Assembly (NCBI RefSeq): GCF_046105845.1 | Contig: NZ_CP151004.1 | From: Escherichia coli | GTDB lineage: Bacteria; Pseudomonadota; Gammaproteobacteria; Enterobacterales; Enterobacteriaceae | Direction: 5' to 3' (one strand) | DNA: 64,000 nucleotides | Part shown: positions 23,963 to 35,596 of the stretch, in pieces | Numbering within the stretch: the first letter of the stretch is position 1 | Layout of the letters: the number at the start of each line of letters is the position of its first letter | Notes under the pieces: model-generated | Database searches by the model: none | The model's input: only the letters and a program-made list of their open reading frames with translations | What the model was told of the DNA's origin: nothing | Translations under genes and position numbers: made by a program

Positions 23963-25674
23963 TGAGCGAAAAACATCCAGGGCCTTTAGTGGTCGAAGGA
24001 AAACTGACAGACGCCGAGCGCATGAAGCTTGAAAGCAACTACCTGCGCGGCACCATTGCGGAAGATTTAAACGACGGTCTGACCGGTGGTTTTAAGGGCG
24101 ACAACTTCCTGCTGATCCGCTTCCACGGCATGTATCAGCAGGATGACCGCGACATCCGCGCCGAACGTGCTGAACAGAAGCTGGAGCCACGTCATGCAAT
24201 GCTGTTGCGCTGTCGTCTGCCGGGTGGGGTGATTACCACCAAACAGTGGCAGGCGATCGATAAATTTGCCGGTGAAAACACCATCTATGGCAGCATTCGC
24301 CTGACCAACCGCCAGACGTTTCAGTTTCACGGCATTCTGAAAAAGAACGTCAAACCGGTGCACCAGATGCTGCACTCGGTCGGTCTTGATGCGCTGGCGA
24401 CCGCCAACGATATGAACCGTAACGTGCTGTGCACTTCGAACCCTTACGAGTCGCAGTTGCACGCGGAAGCATATGAATGGGCGAAGAAAATCTCTGAACA
24501 TCTGCTGCCACGTACCCGCGCGTATGCGGAGATCTGGCTCGATCAGGAAAAAGTCGCCACTACTGATGAAGAGCCGATCCTTGGTCAGACCTACCTGCCG
24601 CGTAAGTTCAAAACCACGGTAGTGATCCCGCCGCAGAACGATATCGATCTGCACGCCAACGACATGAACTTCGTGGCGATCGCCGAAAACGGCAAGCTGG
24701 TGGGCTTTAACCTGCTGGTGGGCGGTGGGCTTTCCATCGAGCACGGCAACAAGAAGACCTACGCCCGCACGGCGAGTGAGTTTGGTTATCTGCCGCTGGA
24801 GCATACGCTAGCGGTGGCGGAAGCCGTCGTGACAACTCAGCGTGACTGGGGTAACCGAACCGATCGTAAAAATGCCAAAACCAAATACACGCTGGAGCGC
24901 GTGGGGGTTGAGACGTTTAAAGCGGAAGTGGAGCGTCGCGCGGGGATCAAATTTGAACCGATCCGTCCGTATGAGTTTACCGGACGCGGCGATCGTATTG
25001 GCTGGGTTAAGGGCATTGATGATAACTGGCACCTGACGCTGTTTATCGAAAATGGTCGCATCCTTGATTATCCTGGGCGTCCGCTGAAAACCGGCCTGCT
25101 GGAGATCGCGAAGATCCACAAAGGCGATTTCCGCATTACGGCGAACCAGAATCTAATCATCGCCGGTGTGCCGGAAAGCGAGAAAGCGAAGATCGAGAAG
25201 ATCGCCAAAGAGAGCGGGTTAATGAATGCCGTCACGCCGCAGCGTGAAAACTCAATGGCCTGCGTGTCATTCCCGACTTGCCCGCTGGCGATGGCGGAAG
25301 CAGAGCGTTTCCTGCCGTCTTTTATCGACAACATCGATAATTTAATGGCGAAACATGGTGTCAGCGATGAGCATATCGTGATGCGTGTAACAGGCTGCCC
25401 GAACGGTTGTGGTCGCGCGATGCTGGCGGAAGTGGGCCTGGTGGGTAAAGCGCCGGGTCGCTACAACCTGCATCTTGGCGGCAACCGCATTGGGACACGT
25501 ATCCCACGGATGTATAAAGAAAACATCACCGAGCCGGAAATCCTGGCGTCGCTTGATGAACTGATAGGGCGCTGGGCGAAAGAGCGCGAAGCGGGTGAAG
25601 GCTTCGGCGACTTTACGGTGCGTGCGGGCATCATTCGCCCGGTGCTCGATCCGGCGCGGGATTTGTGGGATTAA
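23962..25674 (+). CDS. cysI: sulfite reductase hemoprotein beta subunit
   Basis: 570-aa [39 protein letters not shown]... Confidence 0.95.
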   Translation: MSEKHPGPLVVEGKLTDAERMKLESNYLRGTIAEDLNDGLTGGFKGDNFLLIRFHGMYQQDDRDIRAERAEQKLEPRHAMLLRCRLPGGVITTKQWQAIDKFAGENTIYGSIRLTNRQTFQFHGILKKNVKPVHQMLHSVGLDALATANDMNRNVLCTSNPYESQLHAEAYEWAKKISEHLLPRTRAYAEIWLDQEKVATTDEEPILGQTYLPRKFKTTVVIPPQNDIDLHANDMNFVAIAENGKLVGFNLLVGGGLSIEHGNKKTYARTASEFGYLPLEHTLAVAEAVVTTQRDWGNRTDRKNAKTKYTLERVGVETFKAEVERRAGIKFEPIRPYEFTGRGDRIGWVKGIDDNWHLTLFIENGRILDYPGRPLKTGLLEIAKIHKGDFRITANQNLIIAGVPESEKAKIEKIAKESGLMNAVTPQRENSMACVSFPTCPLAMAEAERFLPSFIDNIDNLMAKHGVSDEHIVMRVTGCPNGCGRAMLAEVGLVGKAPGRYNLHLGGNRIGTRIPRMYKENITEPEILASLDELIGRWAKEREAGEGFGDFTVRAGIIRPVLDPARDLWD

Positions 25675-25677
25675 CCA

Positions 25678-25730
25678 TCAGCCCGGTCTTGTAGGCCTGA
25701 TAAGACGTGTGAGCGTCGCATCAGGCAAGG
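25678..25730. repeat. REP-like palindromic unit
   Basis: GTAGGCCTGATAAGACG...CGTCGCATCAGGC between cysI and cysH. Confidence 0.55.
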
Positions 25731-25747
25731 CAAACAGTGAGGAATCT

Positions 25748-26482
25748 ATGTCCAAACTCGATCTAAACGCCCTGAACGAACTGCCGAAGGTAGATCGCAT
25801 TCTGGCGCTGGCGGAAACTAACGCCGAACTGGAAAAACTGGACGCTGAAAGCCGCGTTGCCTGGGCGCTGGATAATCTGCCCGGTGAATATGTACTTTCT
25901 TCCAGCTTTGGCATTCAGGCGGCGGTGAGCCTGCATCTGGTGAATCAGATTCACCCGGATATCCCGGTGATCCTGACCGATACGGGTTATCTGTTTCCGG
26001 AAACCTACCGCTTTATTGACGAGTTAACGGACAAACTCAAGCTCAACCTGAAAGTGTACCGTGCTACCGAAAGCGCCGCCTGGCAGGAAGCGCGCTACGG
26101 CAAACTGTGGGAGCAGGGTGTTGAAGGCATTGAAAAGTACAATGACATCAACAAAGTCGAACCAATGAACCGGGCGCTGAAAGAACTGAATGCGCAAACC
26201 TGGTTTGCTGGCCTGCGCCGTGAACAATCCGGCAGCCGCGCCAATTTACCGGTGCTGGCAATTCAGCGTGGCGTATTTAAAGTGCTGCCGATTATCGACT
26301 GGGATAACCGAACTATTTATCAGTACCTGCAAAAGCATGGCCTGAAATATCACCCATTATGGGACGAAGGATATTTATCGGTGGGCGATACCCATACAAC
26401 CCGTAAATGGGAACCCGGCATGGCGGAAGAAGAAACGCGTTTCTTTGGCTTAAAAAGGGAATGTGGGTTACACGAAGGGTAA
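25748..26482 (+). CDS. cysH: phosphoadenosine phosphosulfate reductase
   Basis: 244 aa from [21 protein letters not shown]...; PAPS reductase fold. Confidence 0.93.
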   Translation: MSKLDLNALNELPKVDRILALAETNAELEKLDAESRVAWALDNLPGEYVLSSSFGIQAAVSLHLVNQIHPDIPVILTDTGYLFPETYRFIDELTDKLKLNLKVYRATESAAWQEARYGKLWEQGVEGIEKYNDINKVEPMNRALKELNAQTWFAGLRREQSGSRANLPVLAIQRGVFKVLPIIDWDNRTIYQYLQKHGLKYHPLWDEGYLSVGDTHTTRKWEPGMAEEETRFFGLKRECGLHEG

Positions 26483-26499
26483 ATATTGCCGGATAAATT

Positions 26500-26538
26500 A
26501 AACGCCTCTGTCAGAAATGATGGGGGCGTTTTTATTTT
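26500..26538 (+). terminator. putative intrinsic terminator after cysH
   Basis: Stem AAACGCC / GGCGTTT with flanking extension, then TTTTATTTT. Confidence 0.5.
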
Positions 26539-26840
26539 GCGAGCAGCATTCCTGATTTTAAACGTGAACGCCGCTGGAAGAATCAACAGGTATATAATGG
26601 TGTCGGGTGCTTGAGGCTGTCTGGCGTTAAGCATTCGCGAGGTTCCAGATGGACAAAAGCCCCAGGCGATATTTCTATCAACCTGAGGCCAGCGTTCGAA
26701 CCCAAACAATTCGAATGTTAGTCTCTTCTTTGCAGGGAGGCAAGACATGTGTATATCACTGTAATTCGATATTTATGAGCAGCATCGAAAAATAGTCCAC
26801 TGATATCATCGATAATACTAAAAAAACAGGGAGGCTATTA

Positions 26841-29507
26841 ATGGAACCTTTTAAATATATATGTCATTACTGGGGGAAATCCTCAAAAAGCCTGACGAAA
26901 GGAAATGATATTCATCTGTTGATTTATCATTGCCTGGATGTTGCAGCTGTTGCAGATTGCTGGTGGGATCAATCAGTCGTACTACAAAATGCTTTTTGCC
27001 GAAATGAAATGCTATCAAAACAGAAGGTGAAAGCCTGGCTGTTATTTTTCATTGCCCTTCATGATATCGGAAAGTTTGATATACGATTCCAATATAAATC
27101 AGCAGAAAGTTGGCTGAAATTAAATCCTGCAACGCCATCACTTAATGGTCCATCAACACAAATGTGCCGTAAATTTAATCATGGTGCAGCCGGTCTGTAT
27201 TGGTTTAACCAGGATTCACTTTCAGAGCAATCTCCCGGGGATTTTTTCAGTTTTTTTGATGCCGCTCCTCATCCTTATGAGTCCTGGTTTCCATGGGTAG
27301 AGGCCGTTACAGGACATCATGGTTTTATATTACATTCCCAGGATCAAGATAAGTCGCGTTGGGAAATGCCAGCTTCTCTGGCATCTTATGCTGCGCAAGA
27401 TAAACAGGCTCGTGAGGAGTGGATATCTGTACTCGAAGCATTATTTTTAACGCCAGCTGGGTTATCTATAAACGATATACCACCTGATTGTTCATCACTG
27501 TTAGCAGGTTTTTGCTCGCTTGCTGACTGGTTAGGTTCCTGGACCACAACGGATACCTTTCTATTCAAAGAAGATGCACCTTCAGGCATACAAGCGCTAA
27601 GAACATATTTTCAGTATAGACAACAGGATGCGTGTCGGGTACTGGAGTTGAGTGGCCTTGTATCAAATAAGCGTAGTTATGACGGCGTACATGCCTTACT
27701 GGACAATGGCTATCAACCAAGACAATTACAGGTGTTGGTTGATGCTCTTCCTACAGCTCCCGGGCTGACGGTGATTGAGGCACCTACGGGATCAGGTAAA
27801 ACCGAAACAGCGCTGGCCTATGCCTGGAAACTTATTGACCAACAACTTGCGGAGAGTGTTATTTTTGCCCTCCCTACACAAGCTACTGCAAATGCAATGC
27901 TCAGTAGAATGGAAGCGAACGCGAGCCGTTTATTTACCTCCCCAAATCTTATTCTTGCTCATGGTAATTCACGTTTTAACCACCTTTTTCAATCAATAAA
28001 ATCACGCGCATTTACTGAGCAGGGGCAAGAAGAAGCATGGGTTCAGTGTTGCCAATGGTTGTCACAAAGTAATAAGAAAGTGTTTCTAGGGCAAATAGGC
28101 GTTTGCACGATTGATCAGGTATTGATATCGGTATTGCCAGTTAAACATCGCTTTATCCGTGGTTTGGGAATTGGTCGAAGTATTTTAATTGTTGATGAAG
28201 TTCATGCTTACGACACGTATATGAACGGCTTGCTGGAGGCTGTGCTCAAGGCTCAGGCTGATGTGGGAGGGAGTGTTATTCTTCTTTCCGCAACTCTACC
28301 AATGAAACAAAAACAGAAACTTCTGGATACTTATGGTCTGCATACAGATCCAGAGGAAAATAACTCCGCATATCCACTCATTAACTGGCGAGGTGTGAAT
28401 GGTGCACAACGTTTTGATCTGTTAGCTCATCCAGAACAACTCCCGCCCCGCTTTTCGATTCGGCCAGAACCTATTTATTTAGCTGACATGTTACCTGACC
28501 TTAGGATGTTAGAGCGAATGATCGCAGCGGCAAATGCGGGTGCACAAGTCTGTCTTATCTGCAATTTGGTTGATGTTGCACAACTATGCCACCAACGGTT
28601 AAAGGAACTAAATAACACGCAAGTAGATATAGATTTGTTTCATGCGCGCTTTACGCTGAACGATCGTCGTGAAAAAGAGAATCGAGTTATTAGCAATTTC
28701 GGCAAAAATGGGAAGCGAAATGTTGGACGGATACTTGTCGCCACCCAGGTCGTGGAACAATCACTCGACGTTGATTTTGATTGGTTAATTACTCAGCATT
28801 GCCCCGCAGATTTACTTTTCCAACGATTGGGCCGTTTACATCGCCATCATCGCAAATATCGTCCCGCTGGTTTTGAGGTTCCTCTTGCCACCGTTTTGCT
28901 GCCTGATGGCGAAGGTTACGGACGACATGAGCATATTTATAGCAACGTTAGAGTCATGTGGCGGACGCAGCAACATATTGAGGAACTTAATGGAGCATCC
29001 TTATTTTTCCCCGATGCCTACCGGCAATGGCTGGATAGCATTTACGATGATGCTGAAATGGATGAGCCAGAATGGGTCATCAAAGGCATGGATAAGTTTG
29101 AAAGCGCTGAGTGTGAAAAGAGGTTCAAGGCTCGCAAGGTTCTGCAGTGGGCTGAAGAATATAGCTTGCAGGATAACGATGAAACAATTCTTGCGGTAAC
29201 GAGGGATGGGGAAATGAGCCTGCCATTATTGCCTTATTTACAAACGTCTTCAGGTAAACAACTGCTCGATGGCCAGGTCTACGAGGACCTAAGTCATGAA
29301 CAGCAGTATGAGGCGTTAGCACTTAATCGCGTCAATGTACCCTTCACCTGGAAACGTAATTTTTCTGAAGTAGTAGATGAAGATGGGTTACTTTGGCTGG
29401 AAGGGAAACAGAATCAGAATGGATGGATCTGGCAGGGTAATAATATTGTTATTACCTACACTCGGGATGAAGGGATGACCAGAGTCATCCCTGCAAATCC
29501 CAAATAA
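26841..29507 (+). CDS. cas3: Cas3 nuclease-helicase (type I-E)
   Basis: 888-aa ORF; N-terminal HD domain (HxxxxD, IALHDIGK), DEAD/DEAH helicase motifs (GSGKTE, DEVH). Confidence 0.95.
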   Translation: MEPFKYICHYWGKSSKSLTKGNDIHLLIYHCLDVAAVADCWWDQSVVLQNAFCRNEMLSKQKVKAWLLFFIALHDIGKFDIRFQYKSAESWLKLNPATPSLNGPSTQMCRKFNHGAAGLYWFNQDSLSEQSPGDFFSFFDAAPHPYESWFPWVEAVTGHHGFILHSQDQDKSRWEMPASLASYAAQDKQAREEWISVLEALFLTPAGLSINDIPPDCSSLLAGFCSLADWLGSWTTTDTFLFKEDAPSGIQALRTYFQYRQQDACRVLELSGLVSNKRSYDGVHALLDNGYQPRQLQVLVDALPTAPGLTVIEAPTGSGKTETALAYAWKLIDQQLAESVIFALPTQATANAMLSRMEANASRLFTSPNLILAHGNSRFNHLFQSIKSRAFTEQGQEEAWVQCCQWLSQSNKKVFLGQIGVCTIDQVLISVLPVKHRFIRGLGIGRSILIVDEVHAYDTYMNGLLEAVLKAQADVGGSVILLSATLPMKQKQKLLDTYGLHTDPEENNSAYPLINWRGVNGAQRFDLLAHPEQLPPRFSIRPEPIYLADMLPDLRMLERMIAAANAGAQVCLICNLVDVAQLCHQRLKELNNTQVDIDLFHARFTLNDRREKENRVISNFGKNGKRNVGRILVATQVVEQSLDVDFDWLITQHCPADLLFQRLGRLHRHHRKYRPAGFEVPLATVLLPDGEGYGRHEHIYSNVRVMWRTQQHIEELNGASLFFPDAYRQWLDSIYDDAEMDEPEWVIKGMDKFESAECEKRFKARKVLQWAEEYSLQDNDETILAVTRDGEMSLPLLPYLQTSSGKQLLDGQVYEDLSHEQQYEALALNRVNVPFTWKRNFSEVVDEDGLLWLEGKQNQNGWIWQGNNIVITYTRDEGMTRVIPANPK

Positions 29508-29921
29508 CTTCGGGAATGATTGGTATCAATGACGATAACAAGACCAATAACGGTTTATCCCTACTTAAGTAGGGAAGGTGCACAATGTACATCTTCTTTT
29601 AATTTCCCGGTATGAGATTTTATATTCACAGTATGAATATTTTATGTAATAAAATTCATGGTGATTATTATAACTAAAAATTTCTTTGATAATAAAACGA
29701 ATAACTTGCAGATTTGAAATGCATGCATTATTGTCTTTAAACAATTCAACACATCTTAATATATGCATAGGTTAATTGTATTAAACCAATGGATATATTT
29801 TTGCAGTGAATGTGATTATTGAATTAATTACGCCGTATTTTTTCTTTGTTTTTACCGATAACGGAAGTGTGCCGACGTATAGAAATGCAGGAGAAATGTC
29901 GGAGCATATGAAGGAGAACAA
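29508..29921 (+). promoter_or_regulatory. AT-rich intergenic region upstream of cse1 (Cascade operon promoter region)
   Basis: 414-bp strongly AT-rich tract between cas3 and cse1; in K-12 the corresponding region holds the H-NS-repressed, LeuO-activated Pcas promoter. Confidence 0.55.
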
Positions 29922-31430
29922 ATGAATTTGCTTATTGATAACTGGATCCCTGTACGCCCGCGAAACGGGGGGAAAGTCCAAATCATAAATCTGCAATCGC
30001 TATACTGCAGTAGAGATCAGTGGCGATTAAGTTTGCCCCGTGACGATATGGAACTGGCCGCTTTAGCACTGCTGGTTTGCATTGGGCAAATTATCGCCCC
30101 GGCAAAAGATGACGTTGAATTTCGACATCGCATAATGAATCCGCTCACTGAAGATGAGTTTCAACAACTCATCGCGCCGTGGATAGATATGTTCTACCTT
30201 AATCACGCAGAACATCCCTTTATGCAGACCAAAGGTGTCAAAGCAAATGATGTGACTCCAATGGAAAAACTGTTGGCTGGGGTAAGCGGCGCGACGAATT
30301 GTGCATTTGTCAATCAACCGGGGCAGGGTGAAGCATTATGTGGTGGATGCACTGCGATTGCGTTATTCAACCAGGCGAATCAGGCACCTGGTTTTGGTGG
30401 TGGCTTTAAAAGCGGTTTACGTGGAGGAACACCTATAACCACCTTCGTATGTGGGATCGATCTTCGCTCGACGGTGTTACTCAATGTCCTCACAATACCT
30501 CGTCTTCAAAAACAATTTCCCAATGAATCAAATACGGAAAACCAACCTACCTGGATTAAGCCTGTCAAGCCCAATGAATCTGTGCCAGCTTCGTCAATTG
30601 GGTTTGTCCGTGGCTTATTCTGGCAACCAGCGCATATTGAATTATGCGATCCCATTGGGATTGGTAAATGTTCTTGCTGTGGACAGGAAAGCAATTTGCG
30701 TTATACAGGTTTTCTTAAGGAAAAATTTACCTTTACAGTTAATGGGCTATGGCCCCATCCGCATTCCCCTTGTCTGGTAACAGTCAAGAAAGGGGAGGTT
30801 GAGGAAAAATTTCTTGCTTTCACCACCTCCGCACCATCATGGACACAAATCAGCCGAGTTGTGGTAGATAAGATTATTCAAAATGAAAATGGAAATCGCG
30901 TGGCGGCGGTTGTGAATCAATTCAGAAATATTGCGCCGCAAAGTCCTCTTGAATTGATTATGGGGGGATATCGTAATAATCAAGCATCTATTCTTGAACG
31001 GCGTCATGATGTGTTGATGTTTAATCAGGGGTGGCAACAATACGGCAATGTGATAAACGAAATAGTGACTGTTGGTTTGGGATATAAAACAGCCTTACGC
31101 AAGGCGTTATATACCTTTGCAGAAGGGTTTAAAAATAAAGACTTCAAAGGGGCCGGAGTCTCTGTTCATGAGACTGCAGAAAGGCATTTCTATCGACAGA
31201 GTGAATTATTAATTCCCGATGTACTGGCGAATATTAATTTTTCCCAAGCTGATGAGGTAATAGCTGATCTACGAGACAAACTTCATCAATTGTGTGAAAT
31301 GCTATTTAATCAATCTGTAGCTCCCTATGCACATCATCCTAAATTAATAAGCACATTAGCGCTTGCCCGCGCCACGCTATACAAACATTTACGGGAGTTA
31401 AAACCGCAAGGAGGGTCATCAAATGGCTGA
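29922..31430 (+). CDS. casA: Cascade large subunit Cse1/CasA
   Basis: 502-aa ORF MNLLIDNWIPVRPRNGGKVQIINLQSL... Confidence 0.93.
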   Translation: MNLLIDNWIPVRPRNGGKVQIINLQSLYCSRDQWRLSLPRDDMELAALALLVCIGQIIAPAKDDVEFRHRIMNPLTEDEFQQLIAPWIDMFYLNHAEHPFMQTKGVKANDVTPMEKLLAGVSGATNCAFVNQPGQGEALCGGCTAIALFNQANQAPGFGGGFKSGLRGGTPITTFVCGIDLRSTVLLNVLTIPRLQKQFPNESNTENQPTWIKPVKPNESVPASSIGFVRGLFWQPAHIELCDPIGIGKCSCCGQESNLRYTGFLKEKFTFTVNGLWPHPHSPCLVTVKKGEVEEKFLAFTTSAPSWTQISRVVVDKIIQNENGNRVAAVVNQFRNIAPQSPLELIMGGYRNNQASILERRHDVLMFNQGWQQYGNVINEIVTVGLGYKTALRKALYTFAEGFKNKDFKGAGVSVHETAERHFYRQSELLIPDVLANINFSQADEVIADLRDKLHQLCEMLFNQSVAPYAHHPKLISTLALARATLYKHLRELKPQGGSSNG

Positions 31431-31905
31431 TGAAATTGATGCAATAGCTTTATATCGAGCCTGGCAACAACTGGATAATGGAGCATGTGCGCAAATTAGA
31501 CGTGTTTCAGAACCTGATGAATTACGCGATATCCCTGCGTTTTATAGGCTGGTGCAACCTTTTGGTTGGGAAAACCCACGTCACCAGCAGGCTCTTTTGC
31601 GCATGGTGTTTTGCCTGAGCGCAGGAAAGAATGTCATCCGACATCAGGACAAAAAACCGGAGCAAATAACAGGTATCTCGTTGGGAAGAGCTTTAGCCAA
31701 TAGTGGAAGAATTAACGAGCGCCGTATCTTTCAATTAATTCGGGCTGACAGAACAGCCGATATGGTCCAGTTACGTCGATTACTTACTCACGCCGAACCC
31801 GTACTTGACTGGCCATTAATGGCCAGGATGTTGACCTGGTGGGGAAAGCGCGAACGCCAGCAACTTCTGGAAGATTTTGTATTGACCACAAACAAAAATG
31901 CGTAA
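31423..31905 (+). CDS. casB: Cascade small subunit Cse2/CasB
   Basis: 160-aa ORF, 8-nt overlap with cse1. Confidence 0.9.
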   Translation: MADEIDAIALYRAWQQLDNGACAQIRRVSEPDELRDIPAFYRLVQPFGWENPRHQQALLRMVFCLSAGKNVIRHQDKKPEQITGISLGRALANSGRINERRIFQLIRADRTADMVQLRRLLTHAEPVLDWPLMARMLTWWGKRERQQLLEDFVLTTNKNA

Positions 31906-31917
31906 GGAAACCTTTCT

Positions 31918-33009
31918 ATGTCTAACTTTATCAATATTCATGTTCTGATCTCTCACAGCCCTTCATGTCTGAACCGCGACGATATGAACATGCAGAAAGA
32001 CGCTATTTTCGGCGGGAAAAGACGAGTAAGAATTTCAAGTCAAAGCCTTAAACGTGCGATGCGTAAAAGTGATTATTACGCACAAAATATTGGTGAATCC
32101 AGTCTCAGAACAATTCATCTTGCACAATTACGTGATGTTCTTCGGCAAAAACTTGGTGAACGTTTTGACCAAAAAATCATCGATAAGACATTAGCGCTGC
32201 TCTCCGGTAAATTAGTTGATGAAGCCGAAAAGATTTCTGCCGATGCGGTTACTCCATGGGTTGTGGGAGAAATAGCCTGGTTCTGTGAGCAGGTTGCAAA
32301 AGCAGAGGCTGATAATCTGGATGATAAAAAGCTGCTCAAAGTTCTTAAGGAAGATATTGCCGCCATACGTGTGAATTTACAGCAGGGTGTTGATATTGCG
32401 CTTAGTGGAAGAATGGCAACCAGCGGCATGATGAGTGAGTTGGGAAAAGTTGATGGTGCAATGTCCATTGCGCATGCGATCACTACTCATCAGGTTGATT
32501 CTGATATTGACTGGTTCACCGCTGTAGATGATTTACAGGAACAAGGTTCTGCACATCTGGGAACTCAGGAATTTTCATCGGGTGTTTTTTATCGTTATGC
32601 CAACATTAACCTCGCTCAACTTCAGGAAAATTTAGGTGGAGCCTCCAGGGAGCAGGCTCTGGAAATTGCAACCCATGTTGTTCATATGCTGGCAACAGAG
32701 GTCCCTGGAGCAAAACAGCGTACTTATGCCGCTTTTAACCCTGCGGATATGGTAATGGTTAATTTCTCCGATATGCCACTTTCTATGGCAAATGCTTTTG
32801 AAAAAGCGGTTAAAGCGAAAGATGGCTTTTTGCAACCGTCTATACAGGCGTTTAATCAATATTGGGATCGCGTTGCCAATGGATATGGTCTGAACGGAGC
32901 AGCTGCGCAATTCAGCTTATCTGATGTAGACCCAATTACTGCTCAAGTTAAACAAATGCCTACTTTAGAACAGTTAAAATCCTGGGTTCGTAATAATGGC
33001 GAGGCGTGA
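31918..33009 (+). CDS. casC: Cascade backbone Cas7/CasC
   Basis: 363-aa [52 protein letters not shown]... Confidence 0.93.
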   Translation: MSNFINIHVLISHSPSCLNRDDMNMQKDAIFGGKRRVRISSQSLKRAMRKSDYYAQNIGESSLRTIHLAQLRDVLRQKLGERFDQKIIDKTLALLSGKLVDEAEKISADAVTPWVVGEIAWFCEQVAKAEADNLDDKKLLKVLKEDIAAIRVNLQQGVDIALSGRMATSGMMSELGKVDGAMSIAHAITTHQVDSDIDWFTAVDDLQEQGSAHLGTQEFSSGVFYRYANINLAQLQENLGGASREQALEIATHVVHMLATEVPGAKQRTYAAFNPADMVMVNFSDMPLSMANAFEKAVKAKDGFLQPSIQAFNQYWDRVANGYGLNGAAAQFSLSDVDPITAQVKQMPTLEQLKSWVRNNGEA

Positions 33010-33011
33010 AC

Positions 33012-33686
33012 ATGAGATCTTATTTGATCTTGCGGCTTGCTGGGCCAATGCAAGCCTGGGGGCAGCCGACCTTTGAAGGAACGCGACCTACCAGAAGATT
33101 TCCGACCCGAAGCGGGTTATTAGGGCTACTCGGGGCTTGTCTTGGGATCCAACGTGATGATACTTCTTCATTACAGGCGTTATCAGAGAGTGTGCAATTT
33201 GCAGTGCGCTGCGATGAACTCATTCTTGACGATCGTCGTGTGTCTGTAACGGGGTTGCGTGATTACCATACAGTCCTTGGAGCGCGAGAAGATTACCGTG
33301 GTTTGAAAAGTCATGAAACGATTCAAACATGGCGCGAATATTTATGTGATGCCTCCTTTACCGTCGCTCTCTGGTTAACACCCCATGCAACGATGGTTAT
33401 CTCAGAACTTGAAAAAGCAGTATTAAAGCCTCGGTATACACCCTACCTGGGGCGAAGAAGTTGCCCACTAACACACCCGCTTTTTTTGGGGACATGTCAG
33501 GCATCGGATCCTCAGAAGGCGCTATTAAATTATGAGCCCGTTGGCGGCGATATTTATAGTGAGGAATCAGTTACAGGGCATCATTTAAAATTTACGGCGC
33601 GCGACGAACCGATGATCACCTTACCTCGACAATTTGCTTCCCGAGAATGGTATGTGATTAAAGGAGGTATGGATGTATCTCAGTAA
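33012..33686 (+). CDS. casD: Cascade Cas5/CasD
   Basis: 224 aa from MRSYLILRLAGPMQAWGQPTFEG... Confidence 0.9.
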   Translation: MRSYLILRLAGPMQAWGQPTFEGTRPTRRFPTRSGLLGLLGACLGIQRDDTSSLQALSESVQFAVRCDELILDDRRVSVTGLRDYHTVLGAREDYRGLKSHETIQTWREYLCDASFTVALWLTPHATMVISELEKAVLKPRYTPYLGRRSCPLTHPLFLGTCQASDPQKALLNYEPVGGDIYSEESVTGHHLKFTARDEPMITLPRQFASREWYVIKGGMDVSQ

Positions 33687-34272
33687 AGTCATCATTGCCA
33701 GGGCCTGGAGCAGGGATCTTTACCAACTTCACCAGGGATTATGGCATTTATTTCCAAACAGACCGGATGCTGCTCGTGATTTTCTTTTTCATGTTGAGAA
33801 GCGAAACACACCAGAAGGCTGTCATGTTTTATTGCAGTCAGCGCAAATACCTGTTTCAACTGCCGTTGCGACAGTCATTAAAACTAAACAGGTTGAATTT
33901 CAACTTCAGGTTGGTGTTCCACTCTATTTTCGGCTTCGGGCAAATCCGATCAAAACTATTCTCGACAATCAAAAGCGCCTGGACAGTAAAGGGAATATTA
34001 AACGCTGTCGGGTTCCGTTAATAAAAGAAGCAGAACAAATCGCGTGGTTGCAACGTAAATTGGGCAATGCGGCGCGCGTTGAAGATGTGCATCCCATATC
34101 GGAACGGCCACAGTATTTTTCTGGTGATGGTAAAAGTGGAAAGATCCAAACGGTTTGCTTTGAAGGGGTGATCACCATCAACGACGCGCCAGTGTTAATA
34201 GATCTTGTACAGCAAGGTATTGGGCCAGCTAAATCGATGGGATGTGGCTTGCTATCTTTGGCTCCACTGTGA
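33673..34272 (+). CDS. casE: Cas6e/CasE crRNA endoribonuclease
   Basis: 199-aa ORF MYLSKVIIARAWSRDLYQLHQGLWHLF...; overlaps cas5 end. Confidence 0.93.
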   Translation: MYLSKVIIARAWSRDLYQLHQGLWHLFPNRPDAARDFLFHVEKRNTPEGCHVLLQSAQIPVSTAVATVIKTKQVEFQLQVGVPLYFRLRANPIKTILDNQKRLDSKGNIKRCRVPLIKEAEQIAWLQRKLGNAARVEDVHPISERPQYFSGDGKSGKIQTVCFEGVITINDAPVLIDLVQQGIGPAKSMGCGLLSLAPL

Positions 34273-34287
34273 TTGAGGTGTAATAAA

Positions 34288-35491
<1,204 letters not shown>

Positions 35492-35596
35492 AAACAAAGA
35501 ATTAGCTGATCTTTAATAATAAGGAAATGTTACATTAAGGTTGGTGGGTTGTTTTTATGGGAAAAAATGCTTTAAGAACAAATGTATACTTTTAGA
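35492..35596 (+). promoter_or_regulatory. CRISPR leader of cas-adjacent array
   Basis: AT-rich ...ATGCTTTAAGAACAAATGTATACTTTTAGA directly 5' of first repeat. Confidence 0.8.

Noticed and set aside
26483-26840. Possible hok/sok-type toxin-antitoxin locus in the cysH-cas3 intergenic region (I vaguely recall a sokX annotation near here in K-12)
   Set aside because: Manual translation of both strands found no intact Hok-like roughly 50-aa hydrophobic ORF; the only clear structure is the cysH terminator hairpin. Cannot support from sequence
29565-29996. 67- and 71-aa minus-strand ORFs in the cas3-cse1 intergenic region
   Set aside because: AT-rich compositional artefacts in a regulatory region; no RBS or coding periodicity
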